Assembly: GCA_963787255.1 (NCBI GenBank)
Contig: CAWBCJ010000029.1
Span: 608,001 to 672,000 of the forward strand
From: Methanobacteriota archaeon
GTDB taxonomy: Archaea > Methanobacteriota > Methanobacteria > Methanobacteriales > Methanobacteriaceae
DNA: 64,000 nucleotides
Direction of reading: 5' to 3'
Below are positions 1 through 9,504 of the stretch, piece by piece. A program made the position numbers and the translations under genes. Under the pieces are notes generated by a model, which was not told where the DNA came from, made no database searches, and saw only the letters and a program-made list of their open reading frames with translations. Position 1 is the stretch's first letter; each line of letters begins with the position of its first letter.

Positions 1-2
1 TA

Positions 3-215
3 TTTTCCTTTAACATTGTAATGGATGCAGTAATAGCCGCAAAGGGCATAGAAAATATGGAAGGCCCCATTGAAAGACCTAAATATGCCGTTTCAGATAT
101 AAAAGAAGAAAAAGACGTAATATCTTTGTTCATTGACTACATAAATAATTTCAGAAAGGCTAAAGTAAGAAAGAACTATACCAAACACGCATATATGCAG
201 TTGTTTAAAAAATAA
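3..215 (+). CDS. 3' end of an unidentified gene, open from the window edge
   Basis: Frame is open from position 3 (FSFNIVMDAVIAAKG...) to TAA at 213-215, 6 nt before the UDG start. Confidence 0.5.
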   Translation, partial: FSFNIVMDAVIAAKGIENMEGPIERPKYAVSDIKEEKDVISLFIDYINNFRKAKVRKNYTKHAYMQLFKK

Positions 216-221
216 TTAAAT

Positions 222-767
222 ATGAAACTTAAAAGACTTTGCGAAATTGCCAGTACCTGCACAGAATGCCCTCTACATGAAAGCAGAACCAAAGTAGTTT
301 TTGGCGAGGGTCCTGAAGATGCAAAAATCATGCTTATTGGTGAAGCACCCGGAAAAAACGAGGACGAAACCGGAAGGCCCTTTATTGGAATGGCTGGGAG
401 ATTATTAAGCGAAATACTCCATGAGGCAGACCTTGATCGGTCTGAAATTTACATTACATCCATAGTTAAGTGTAGACCCGAAGGGAATAGAAAGCCTAAG
501 AAACCCGAATACAGCACTTGCATAGCGCTTTATCTGGAGAAGCAAATCGAGATAATAAATCCAAATATAATTGGATTGCTCGGAAACAGTGCAGCATATG
601 CTTTAATTGGTAAAAAGAACATTAAGCAAATCCATGGAAAAACCTACGAATTAAACGGTAGAAAATACATGGCATTGTTCCATCCTGCTGCAGCTTTATA
701 TTCTCGTGCACTCCTTCCTCAATTGAAAGATGACATGATAACTTTAAAAAGACAGATTAAATCTTAA
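222..767 (+). CDS. udg: Uracil-DNA glycosylase family 4
   Basis: CxxCPL Fe-S ligands, GEAPGxxED motif, GRPFIG, VKCRP and HPAA motif. Confidence 0.93.
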   Translation: MKLKRLCEIASTCTECPLHESRTKVVFGEGPEDAKIMLIGEAPGKNEDETGRPFIGMAGRLLSEILHEADLDRSEIYITSIVKCRPEGNRKPKKPEYSTCIALYLEKQIEIINPNIIGLLGNSAAYALIGKKNIKQIHGKTYELNGRKYMALFHPAAALYSRALLPQLKDDMITLKRQIKS

Positions 768-887
768 TTTTCCTTTTTTTATGAATTATAGATTATATAT
801 AAAATGATAATTTACTTTTATAATCGTTTTAAAAAATAGCAAGATATTCTTTTAAACATGGTTAAAGAATGAATCTCAAAATTTTAG

Positions 888-1616
888 TTAGGAATATACT
901 ATTTCTTTTAAAGCCAAACAGTTTTTGGGAGCATTGGCTTTATAATCATTATTAAAATAACAGAAACTTTTTTTTGAATCTAATTTTTTAATATTTTTTC
1001 CCCATTTCTCCAGCTCTTTTTGTGAATAGGAATAACGGTATCTATCAGGACCTTTACCGTGAAAACGGACATATGTAATATCTGAAGTGGTTATAATTTC
1101 TTCTGGAAGGTCAGAAGATGAAATTGAACAGAATCCTACATTAAATTCTTTTAAAAGCTCGTAAATTTCATCATCAAACCAGCTTAAATGTCTGAACTCT
1201 ATAATGTTGCTTTTTGAGGAATCTAACTGGTGGAGTGCATTTTTTAAAAAATCAATATCTTTAGACTTCTGGGGAGGAAACTGGAATAATATACAGCTTA
1301 ATTTGTTTTCAAGGATTTCTGCAAGCCTATAAAACCGATTTATTGCGCTTTCTGTATTTTTAAATCTTTTTCTATGTGTAATAATCTGATTAGCTTTTAA
1401 AGTAATCAAAAATTTATCTGGCGTCCTATTATACCATCCCTTAACAGTTTTTTCTGTTGGAAAGCGGTAAAATGTGTTATTCACTTCTATGGTGTTAAAA
1501 TACCTTGAATAATATTCCAGCCATTTTGATTTACTTAATTTTTCAGGGTAAAAACGCCCTTCCCAGTCGTTATAGTACCAGCCGGAACAACCTAGAAAAT
1601 ATCTATTCTCCGTCAT
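888..1616 (-). CDS. DUF72 (YecE-like) TIM-barrel protein
   Basis: GCSGWYY..W...FYP, EVNNTFY, ITH, LFQFPP, EFRHxSW, YVRFHG, YSY, YFNND. Confidence 0.92.
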   Translation of the reverse strand: MTENRYFLGCSGWYYNDWEGRFYPEKLSKSKWLEYYSRYFNTIEVNNTFYRFPTEKTVKGWYNRTPDKFLITLKANQIITHRKRFKNTESAINRFYRLAEILENKLSCILFQFPPQKSKDIDFLKNALHQLDSSKSNIIEFRHLSWFDDEIYELLKEFNVGFCSISSSDLPEEIITTSDITYVRFHGKGPDRYRYSYSQKELEKWGKNIKKLDSKKSFCYFNNDYKANAPKNCLALKEIVYS

Positions 1617-1669
1617 TATGCCTTATTTTTTTATATAATTATTTAAAATAAAAAAAGGAAATTTTTTAA

Positions 1670-1948
1670 TTATTTTATTCCATGCTGTTTTTCGTAGTTT
1701 CTCCATGATTGTGCTACTTCAGGTGCATCGCTTTCCAGGTCGTTTATTATCTCGTTTCTAAGTTCTTTAGAGCTTATTTCGTTTCGATTCATTGCAAGTT
1801 TTTCTGCATCTCTTGTAGCGTGTTCAATTGCTTTCATTTGCTTGGTTACGGTAAATCCTGCGTCTGTAACAGCACTTTCAATGGATTTCCTTAATTTTTG
1901 GGGTTTGAATTGTTCTTTTTTTCCATTTCTTTTAATAACATCTGTCAT
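1670..1948 (-). CDS. Stand-alone ATP-cone domain protein
   Basis: VIKRNG.KE.F...KL..SI..A signature, 92 aa, GAGGTG RBS upstream. Confidence 0.85.
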   Translation of the reverse strand: MTDVIKRNGKKEQFKPQKLRKSIESAVTDAGFTVTKQMKAIEHATRDAEKLAMNRNEISSKELRNEIINDLESDAPEVAQSWRNYEKQHGIK

Positions 1949-2089
1949 TTTTTTTCACCTCTCATTTTTTTAATATTATTTTAAAGTTTTTTATTACTAT
2001 GAAAAAAGAAGTATAAATATAATTTCAAACGGTAGCAAAATTAATTTTAATCAATAAACTTAAAAAATAAAAGAAAATATAATGGAATT

Positions 2090-2371
2090 TTAATATTTCA
2101 TTCCATGAGTTCTTTCGTAGTTTCTCCAGGCCTGGGCAACCTGCTGATCATCCTGTTCCAGATCCCTTAATACAGTGTCCCGTATTTGTTTAACTTCAAT
2201 TTGGTCCATTCCTCTGGCCATTTGGGTAGCATCCTGTGAGGCGTGCTCTATAATTTCTCTTTTTTCGCTAATATCGAATCCTGCATCTTTAACAGCGCCT
2301 TCTACGGACATTCTTAATTTTTCTTCTCTAAACATTTCTCTTTGGCCGTTTCTCTTTATAACATCTGTCAT
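2090..2371 (-). CDS. Stand-alone ATP-cone domain protein, tandem paralog
   Basis: MTDVIKRNGQREMF...KL; GGAGG RBS favours the ATG at 2371 over the longer track ORF; clearly paralogous to 1670..1948. Confidence 0.85.
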   Translation of the reverse strand: MTDVIKRNGQREMFREEKLRMSVEGAVKDAGFDISEKREIIEHASQDATQMARGMDQIEVKQIRDTVLRDLEQDDQQVAQAWRNYERTHGMKY

Positions 2372-2576
2372 ATAATACCTCCTTAAATCGGATCGCAAAA
2401 AATGATTTTGCAATACCAATTATATTAAATTATTTTAATTTAGTATTACTTTTTTATGATCATCAAAATATAAAAGAGTTTACATTGGCCCTAGAAAAGT
2501 ATTAAAAATAAGTGATTTAAGGGAATTATTAGGCTCAAAAAAAACCATAAATTTCTGTTATATAATAATTAGAGAT

Positions 2577-4344
2577 TTAAATTCCTTTATACATCTGTAA
2601 AATTTCATCTGTAGTGGTCGCCTGTTCGGGAGACTTTTCAGCACGCCATCTAATGAAACGGGGGAACCTTAAAGCCAGCCCCTGCTTTTCAGTGCTGTTC
2701 CAGTTGCAGGTGTGAACAGGACTTTTAGTAATTTCAGATCCAAGAACTTCTACAACATATTTTGGATTAAACCAGAAATCGGGCTCCATTTCACGAGAAA
2801 CAATAGCCCTCGCGGGTTTTCGATCTACTCTTGCATCAAGAAGCTTTTGAGGCATTTTTTCCAGTTCATCATCAGAAAATCCAGTTCCCAGCTTACAAAC
2901 AGTCTGGAATGTATCATCATCAAAATTATAAGCAGCACATAAAACCGCACCATAAGTACCGCTACGCCGACCACGTCCGGAATAAGCTCCTAAAATGACT
3001 AAATCAAGGGTATCTGAGAGTTTGGACATGTATTCTTTTTTCCATTTAATCCATGTCCAGTCTCTTCCTCCAGCATGGTAAAAAGAATCTTCTGCACATG
3101 ATTTACAGACAATACCTTCCAAATTCTTATTTAAGCATTCCTGGAAGAATTCATCTATATCATCAAGGTTGGAACTGACTTTTCGATGGGCTAAAGTAAT
3201 GTACTTTGATTTTTCTATTGTTGTTTCAAGTTTTTCACGCCTTTCAGGGTAGCTTGTATGTAAATAAGATTTTCCATCAGCATAAAGAATATCAAAAAGC
3301 ATGTATCTAACTGGAATAGTTTTCTGGTATTCCACGACTTTATATTTTCTTCTTCTCTGCATTAACTCCTGGAAAGACCCAAATATATCATTTTCAAAGT
3401 CATAAGCCATTGCTTCTCCGTCTAAAATCGTTTTTTCTATTTTAACGTACTTTTTAATGTTGTCAACAAGATCAGGAAACTGTTTGGTAACATCGGTCAG
3501 TCTACGGGAAAAAAGTTTCACATTATCATGGGATTTATGTGCCTGGATTCTCTCGCCGTCAAACTTTTCCTCAGCAGAGATATCATGGGACTTGATTTTA
3601 TGGCGTATTTCTTCAAATTTAGATACTCTTTGGGCCAGCATGGCTTTAATAGGCCGGTTAATGGTAATTTTTATATTTTTTACTCCTTTTAATCCACTTT
3701 CCTTTAAAACCTTTGCCACAAATCCTATATCTGAGCTAATGTTGTAGGCATGTTCAAGTTCTGTTTTTTTCTTTTTAGAACCAAAAAATGAGACTGACAA
3801 AGCGTTAAGAATGGTCATATCTCCTGCACCAAGCCTCATAGTGCCTTCAGCAAATCTAGCTATGTATTTTTTACCAATTTCACAGGCTTCAATAAGCATT
3901 GAAGCCAAAGTTCTGATTTTAATTTCTTGGGATCCCTTTCCTCTTGTTAAAGCGATTTTTCTAAAACCTTCAAATACATCCTTAACAGATAGTTCTCCTT
4001 TATAATCAAAATAATCTTTAAATGGATTGGGTCCCTTTTTAATCATTTGAGCGGCTACTTGCCCAATATCGCCAATGTTGCGAGTTTTTTCTTCAACTTC
4101 ACTTTTGGGAGTACTGCTTGCAAGTGATATTGCTGATTGAACCGTTTTTTCGCTTAAACCAAGCACAATATCCTCATATCCTGGTGCAATTCTGCCCATC
4201 AGCAGGTAGCAAATTTCATCTATCTCATGAGACACCTGATTTTTTAAAAATAGCAGCTAGAATGTCAACCATTTCATTTTGTGAGCTTGTTTTTTCAAGC
4301 ATTTCCAAATTCTTTGCAAATTCTTCGAATTTAATTTTTATCAC
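2577..4344 (-). CDS. lig: ATP-dependent DNA ligase with a +1 frameshift near 4240 (probable sequencing error)
   Basis: Motif I EEKFDGER, LDGE, LFDIL, EGIVCK, WIKWK, LRFPRF; N-terminus MIKIKFEEFAKNLEMLEKTSSQNEMVDILA lies in another frame from the GTG at 4344 and joins if one A is removed from an A6 tract. Confidence 0.9.
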
Positions 4345-5282
4345 CTGAATCTTTCAGGTAAATTCTTTTCAAATTGGTTCAGATTTTCAATAATGTTTGG
4401 GGGTTTACAATTTACCAGTTTTTTTGCTAAATCTTCCTCATAAAGCATTTTTTCCTTTAGAGGCAAAGATACTCCGTCTATGGTTTTTGCATCTTTCATG
4501 TGCAGAGAACCTAATGGAACACGGCTTAACTTACCTGAAGGGGTCTGTGATGGGTCTATATTAATCGAATTTCCACGTCTTTCGTGACCGCCCACAACTC
4601 TAAATTCTACCTGCTCATCAACCTTTTTAGCCCATTTACCGGTGAAATTACGTTCTGGGTCCTGCTTTGAATACTGGAAATATTTTTCATAGAATGAATT
4701 TGGTTTAGTTTCATCTAAAAAGAAGAAAACGTGGAATGAATTACCAGTCCAGCTAATAAATGGCTCAAAGTTTTCCATAAGTTCTTCAAATTCATTATCT
4801 TCATTTATAGTTTCAATAAACAAACGTGTGGCTTTCTGGACCTGTTCCGCAGAAATTCCTTCGACTCTGTCTATATCAAAGAATATACGATCTATTTCTT
4901 TACCAGGGCCTTCAGAGTTGGTGGCGTAAAAGAAATCTGCAAGTTTTCTAGGGAGAAAATACTGCCAAACTTTATTTTGGATATCATCCAACTCTTTTTT
5001 TGCATCTTTTAGATGTTCTTCTCTTGATCTAAGCTCTAAAAATTCTAAATCAACGGCTTCTATAAGTTCGTCCACGTATAAAGGCTTTAATTTGGACCCT
5101 CTTTTAAGTAAATATCTTACTTTTCCACGGGGCATCCATATCTTGCCTGCAAGTTCTTTATCCTTTAAATATTTCTTTAATTTTGTTGCAGAAACTGCAT
5201 ATAGCAGTAAAACGTCAATTTCTCCAAAAGGAGTTATCAATTTATCTAGATTTTTTTTGGCAAAGTTTAAAAGTGATGTCAT
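4341..5282 (-). CDS. LigD/NHEJ-type archaeo-eukaryotic primase-polymerase (Prim-Pol)
   Basis: DRIFFDIDR (motif I DxD), SWTGNSFHVF (motif II His), RRGNSINIDPSQTPSGKLSRVPLGSL...GVSLPL (motif III region); stop overlaps the ligase start (GTGA). Confidence 0.72.
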   Translation of the reverse strand: MTSLLNFAKKNLDKLITPFGEIDVLLLYAVSATKLKKYLKDKELAGKIWMPRGKVRYLLKRGSKLKPLYVDELIEAVDLEFLELRSREEHLKDAKKELDDIQNKVWQYFLPRKLADFFYATNSEGPGKEIDRIFFDIDRVEGISAEQVQKATRLFIETINEDNEFEELMENFEPFISWTGNSFHVFFFLDETKPNSFYEKYFQYSKQDPERNFTGKWAKKVDEQVEFRVVGGHERRGNSINIDPSQTPSGKLSRVPLGSLHMKDAKTIDGVSLPLKEKMLYEEDLAKKLVNCKPPNIIENLNQFEKNLPERFR

Positions 5283-5468
5283 AAAAATCAGCTCAATAAA
5301 GATTCAAGCTAATATATTATTATTAGTTAAATAATATTTATTATTTTCTTTTTAATAATTCAAAAATAGATGAAGATTTAAATTAAATATCATTAAAAAT
5401 GGAAAAGTCAAAATTATCTTAAAAATAGGCTTTATTAACCAAAATAAGAGTTTAATGAAATAATTAAT

Positions 5469-5978
5469 TTATACAAATTTTTTGAAACGTTCCTTTCCCA
5501 CTTTACATATTGGACATACCTCGGGTGGTTCTGCTCTTGCACATAGATATCCACAGACACTGCATCTAAATATTGGGAATTCAAGTGAAGATATTACTCC
5601 TCCAGATGGTTCTCCTTTCATTTGTTCTCGCTCTTGAGGCGCTGGTCTCCTTTCGGGGATAGATGTTAACTCTTTTTTACCCTTTAAAATATCTCCTGAA
5701 ACATAGAGGCCGCAGTAACATGTATTATATTCATTTAAATCTGGATCTCTGTAATCGCAGGGGCAGATAATATCCAGGTCTTCTTCTTTATTTCCTGATG
5801 CAAGCCTACAAGGACAAGCGCCGTAACCATATCGCTTATCATTTAATAATATATTTTTTAAAAGATATTTAGTGAATTCTACATCAGGATTCAGGTGGTA
5901 ACCGTGGGCTTCAACATCTTTTTTGACTTTTTGGTAGAATTTTTCCAGCTCTCCATCACTAATGTCATTAAAGCTCAT
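5469..5978 (-). CDS. Ferredoxin:thioredoxin/disulfide reductase catalytic subunit with C-terminal rubredoxin-like domain
   Basis: CPCR, CPC and CYCGLY motifs, plus CSVCGY...CPIC at the C-terminus. Confidence 0.88.
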   Translation of the reverse strand: MSFNDISDGELEKFYQKVKKDVEAHGYHLNPDVEFTKYLLKNILLNDKRYGYGACPCRLASGNKEEDLDIICPCDYRDPDLNEYNTCYCGLYVSGDILKGKKELTSIPERRPAPQEREQMKGEPSGGVISSLEFPIFRCSVCGYLCARAEPPEVCPICKVGKERFKKFV

Positions 5979-6256
5979 TGAAGTTTCTCCCTTATTTCAT
6001 CCTCTTTAAATCCTGTAATAACGTCTTCATTATTAATTACAACAGTGGGGAATGAAAGTTGAGGGTTCCATTTTTGTACTTCATTTATAACCTCCGATCT
6101 CTCATCGCCGGTTAAAAGATCAACATAGATATATTTAAAATCAATTCCTAATTCTTCAAGAAGCATTCTAGTCTTTTTGCACCATCCACATGTACTTAAA
6201 GCAAAAAGAACAACTTCTCCTTTGTTTTTTCCTTCAACATGTTCCATTTTCACCAT
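5975..6256 (-). CDS. Glutaredoxin (NrdH/methanoredoxin-like)
   Basis: STCGWCKK, SFPTVVI, GF; GGAG RBS before the ATG at 6256; stop overlaps the FTR start. Confidence 0.88.
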   Translation of the reverse strand: MVKMEHVEGKNKGEVVLFALSTCGWCKKTRMLLEELGIDFKYIYVDLLTGDERSEVINEVQKWNPQLSFPTVVINNEDVITGFKEDEIREKLQ

Positions 6257-6384
6257 GATCACTCCTAATATTACTCTATAAATTAAGATTTGTAATAAGA
6301 TATACAAATAACTATTTAATTATGAAATAAAACCAGAATTTTATCTGTTCAAGAAATAGAATTTTTTAATAAAATAATGTAAAG

Positions 6385-6567
6385 TTATTCTATTATCTTT
6401 TCAATTATGGATCCGCATCCAGGACATTCAAAAACTTCTAACCATCCAGTGGGATAGTCATACTCATCTATTTTTATTAATCCGCCAGATCCACAAGTTG
6501 GACATGAATCAGAGGAGTAACCACCTGTTTTTCGCATCATATTTAATCTGGATCTCATAATAATCAC
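6385..6567 (-). CDS. Small CPxCG zinc-finger protein
   Basis: CPTCG...CPGCG in 60 aa; start uncertain. Confidence 0.6.
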   Translation of the reverse strand: MIIMRSRLNMMRKTGGYSSDSCPTCGSGGLIKIDEYDYPTGWLEVFECPGCGSIIEKIIE

Positions 6568-6691
6568 CAGTAATACTATTTGTATGTTTTAGTATTTTAT
6601 TTTTTCGAAGTGAGATCATAGTATTATTAAAAAATAAAATAATTAATACAAAAATAATAGAACCATAGATTAAAATAAAAATAAGAAGCTT

Positions 6692-7966
6692 TTAACCTAA
6701 ATTATCCCTTACAATCCTTAAAGCGCAAAATTCACCGCACATGGTGCACATATCTCCAGGAGTAGATTTACTTTCCCTGTATTTACGTGGTGTTTCACTA
6801 TCGAAGGCAAGTTCAAACTGTTTTTCCCAATCAAAACATCTTCTAGCCTTGGCCATTTGAAGTTCATTTTTCCAGGCGCTTTTTATTCCATTTGCCACGT
6901 CAGCAGCCTGTGCAGCGATTTTAGACGCAACTACACCTTCTTTTACCGCTTCAACATCGGGAATGGAAAGATGTTCTCTTGGAGTAACATAACAGAGGAA
7001 ATCTGCCCCTGAAGACGCAGCTATTGCCCCGCCGATTGCAGAAGTTATGTGATCATAGCCAGGAGCAAGATCAGTTACTATAGGGCCTAAAACATAAAAT
7101 GGAGCTCCTTTACAGATCGTTTTTTGAATTTTCATGTTTGCTTGAATTTGATCAATTGGAACGTGCCCTGGACCTTCTACCATTACCTGAACTCCTGCCT
7201 CTCTTGCCCTTTCAACAAGCTGGCCAAGTATAATGAGTTCCTGCATTTGGGGAATGTCTGAAGCGTCTGCAAGACATCCTGGCCTTAAACCGTCGCCTAA
7301 ACTAAGTGTAACATCGTATTCTCTTGCCACTTCAAGTAAATAATCATAATTTCTGTAAAGCGGGTTTTCTTCTTCGTTTTGAAGTATCCATGCTGCTAAA
7401 AATGCTCCTCCACGGCTTACAATACCCATAATTCTTTCAGATTTCTTCACTTTTTCCACGGTGTCTTTAGTTATTCCACTGTGGATGGTCATAAAATCAA
7501 CCCCTTCTTTGGCCTGATTTATTATGGCATTGAACATGTCGTCTTCATCCATGTTTATAACTGCCCTTTTTTCTTCTGAAGCGCCTACAGCAGCCTCATA
7601 TATGGGTACGGTTCCAATAGGGACATTAATTGACTGCATAATCTTTTGGCGAACTAATTTTAAATTAGGACCGGTACTCAAGTCCATTACTGCATCAGCA
7701 CCGTATTCCACAGCTATTTTTGCTTTTTTAACTTCTGTTTCTATATCTTCTATTTCTGAAGACGATCCAACATTAGCATTAATTTTAGTGGTTAATCCTT
7801 TTCCAATACCTTTAGGAACAGTTTTACTGTTTAAATTCTTTGGAATTGTAATATATCCTTTTGATATTCTTCTTATAAGCTTTTGAACGTCAATATTTTC
7901 TTCTTTGGCGACTATTTCCATTTCACCGGTGATTTGACCTTTTCTGGCGGATTCTAATTGAGTCAC
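6692..7966 (-). CDS. thiC: Phosphomethylpyrimidine synthase
   Basis: KINANVGSS, MDLSTG, GTVPIY, SRGG, LGDGLRPG, EGPGH, GYDHI, C-terminal CTMCGEFC. Confidence 0.95.
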   Translation of the reverse strand: MTQLESARKGQITGEMEIVAKEENIDVQKLIRRISKGYITIPKNLNSKTVPKGIGKGLTTKINANVGSSSEIEDIETEVKKAKIAVEYGADAVMDLSTGPNLKLVRQKIMQSINVPIGTVPIYEAAVGASEEKRAVINMDEDDMFNAIINQAKEGVDFMTIHSGITKDTVEKVKKSERIMGIVSRGGAFLAAWILQNEEENPLYRNYDYLLEVAREYDVTLSLGDGLRPGCLADASDIPQMQELIILGQLVERAREAGVQVMVEGPGHVPIDQIQANMKIQKTICKGAPFYVLGPIVTDLAPGYDHITSAIGGAIAASSGADFLCYVTPREHLSIPDVEAVKEGVVASKIAAQAADVANGIKSAWKNELQMAKARRCFDWEKQFELAFDSETPRKYRESKSTPGDMCTMCGEFCALRIVRDNLG

Positions 7967-8081
7967 TTTTTATCCCTCGTGGTAAAAAAATTTAGATATA
8001 AAATAATTGTAAACACCTTAAATTTGTATTATGATTTTTCTTTCCTTATCTTAATATATAACTTAAAATACATTAAATTCT

Positions 8082-8459
8082 ATGATTAAAAAGCTAAATG
8101 CAGAGGACATAATGATTTCAGATGTTCATGTAACATCCCCAAATGACCTTGTTGCAGCCGCTAAATTGAAAATGATGCGTTGTAATGTGGGAGGATTGCC
8201 TGTTGTGGATGATAAGAAGCTCGTGGGAATTATAACTCATCGAGATGTCCTTTTAGCAGGTGGAGAGGCTCTTGGACTTAAAGTAAATGATCTTATGACT
8301 AAAGATCTTTACGTAGCAAATAAAGATACTCCTATTCTTGATATTACAAAGACAATGGCAGATAAAGGCTATCAAAGAATCCCTGTAGTTGAAAATGGGA
8401 ATCTAATCGGCCTTATAACTCAAAGCTCCCTTATACGTGCACTTGCAGGGTTGGATTAG
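8082..8459 (+). CDS. CBS domain pair protein
   Basis: Two repeats GLPVVD..LVGIIT / RIPVVE..LIGLIT. Confidence 0.9.
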   Translation: MIKKLNAEDIMISDVHVTSPNDLVAAAKLKMMRCNVGGLPVVDDKKLVGIITHRDVLLAGGEALGLKVNDLMTKDLYVANKDTPILDITKTMADKGYQRIPVVENGNLIGLITQSSLIRALAGLD

Positions 8460-8502
8460 CATCTAATATTTTTAAATATTAAAAAGAAATCAATTTTTAT
8501 TT

Positions 8503-9342
8503 TCAAATTAAAGGATCAGGTATTTTAGCGTCAGGTTTATCTTTTAATCCACCAATTTTTTCTATTCTTATTTTTAAAAAGTTTTTTCCAGCATCCGTAA
8601 CTCCGTAAATAGGTATGGAAGATCCTGCCTTGAAAACATGTCTTTTCTCACCAACTTCTCTTACATATTTAGAAGCACAGCCCGTTACAACATCAGCATT
8701 ATCAAATAAAGATTCTGCATCTCCTAGGGACATTTCGCTGACATGAGCAGCGAATATATAAATTTTAACATCTTTATGCTCATTTTCAATTTCTCTGAGC
8801 TTTTTAGCATCATCCGGAGATAATATCGTAACTGCTATATTTTTGTAGCCCATTTCAATGGCCTTTAATGCTCCTTTAATTTGATTGATTTCAGCACTTT
8901 CAGGATCAAGGACGTTATGGACCCCTACAGTATCTATAATTTTTATAATGGGGGATGTGCTTAAAAAAGCAGATATACGACCGGCCATGCCCTGAACAAA
9001 CTCAGGATCAGTCACAATTACCGTTCCGCATCCTTCACTAACAATAACAGCACAATCAATTATATTTTCATCAAGAAGAGTACCCAGTGTTTCTGATACT
9101 CCAAAGGATAAAAAATCCTTCATTTTAAGCTTTCTCTGTGGAGTACACATTCCAAAATCATGAATCCTAAATTCTATATTTTCTTTGGCTGCTTCAGGAG
9201 TGATCTCTTTAATTCCCCTATATTTATCAAAAAGAGGACAATAATTGATTTTTGGCTCTCCAACTTCCACAACTTTCCCTTTTCTTACAATAATTCTTGT
9301 TTTTCCAAGTGCTTCAATCACATGTTCGTCTTCTTTTACCAT
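8503..9342 (-). CDS. Methanogenesis marker protein 8 (DUF2099)
   Basis: HVIEALG, YCPLF, FGMCT, EGCGTV, CASK pattern. Confidence 0.85.
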   Translation of the reverse strand: MVKEDEHVIEALGKTRIIVRKGKVVEVGEPKINYCPLFDKYRGIKEITPEAAKENIEFRIHDFGMCTPQRKLKMKDFLSFGVSETLGTLLDENIIDCAVIVSEGCGTVIVTDPEFVQGMAGRISAFLSTSPIIKIIDTVGVHNVLDPESAEINQIKGALKAIEMGYKNIAVTILSPDDAKKLREIENEHKDVKIYIFAAHVSEMSLGDAESLFDNADVVTGCASKYVREVGEKRHVFKAGSSIPIYGVTDAGKNFLKIRIEKIGGLKDKPDAKIPDPLI

Positions 9343-9504
9343 GTAGCCACCATTTAAAAAAATTTGTTTATCATTTTCAATTTATAATGGTAATTATATT
9401 TAATTTCATGGATTAAATTATTAAGCAGTACAGATGAATATGTAACTAAAGAAGATTTTTTTCTAAATTTTTATAAATACATTAATGATAAAAAGAGTGA
9501 TTTT

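Noticed and set aside
7967-8081. TPP riboswitch upstream of thiC
   Set aside because: The spacer is short and AT-rich and lacks the CUGAGA core; it looks like divergent promoters only
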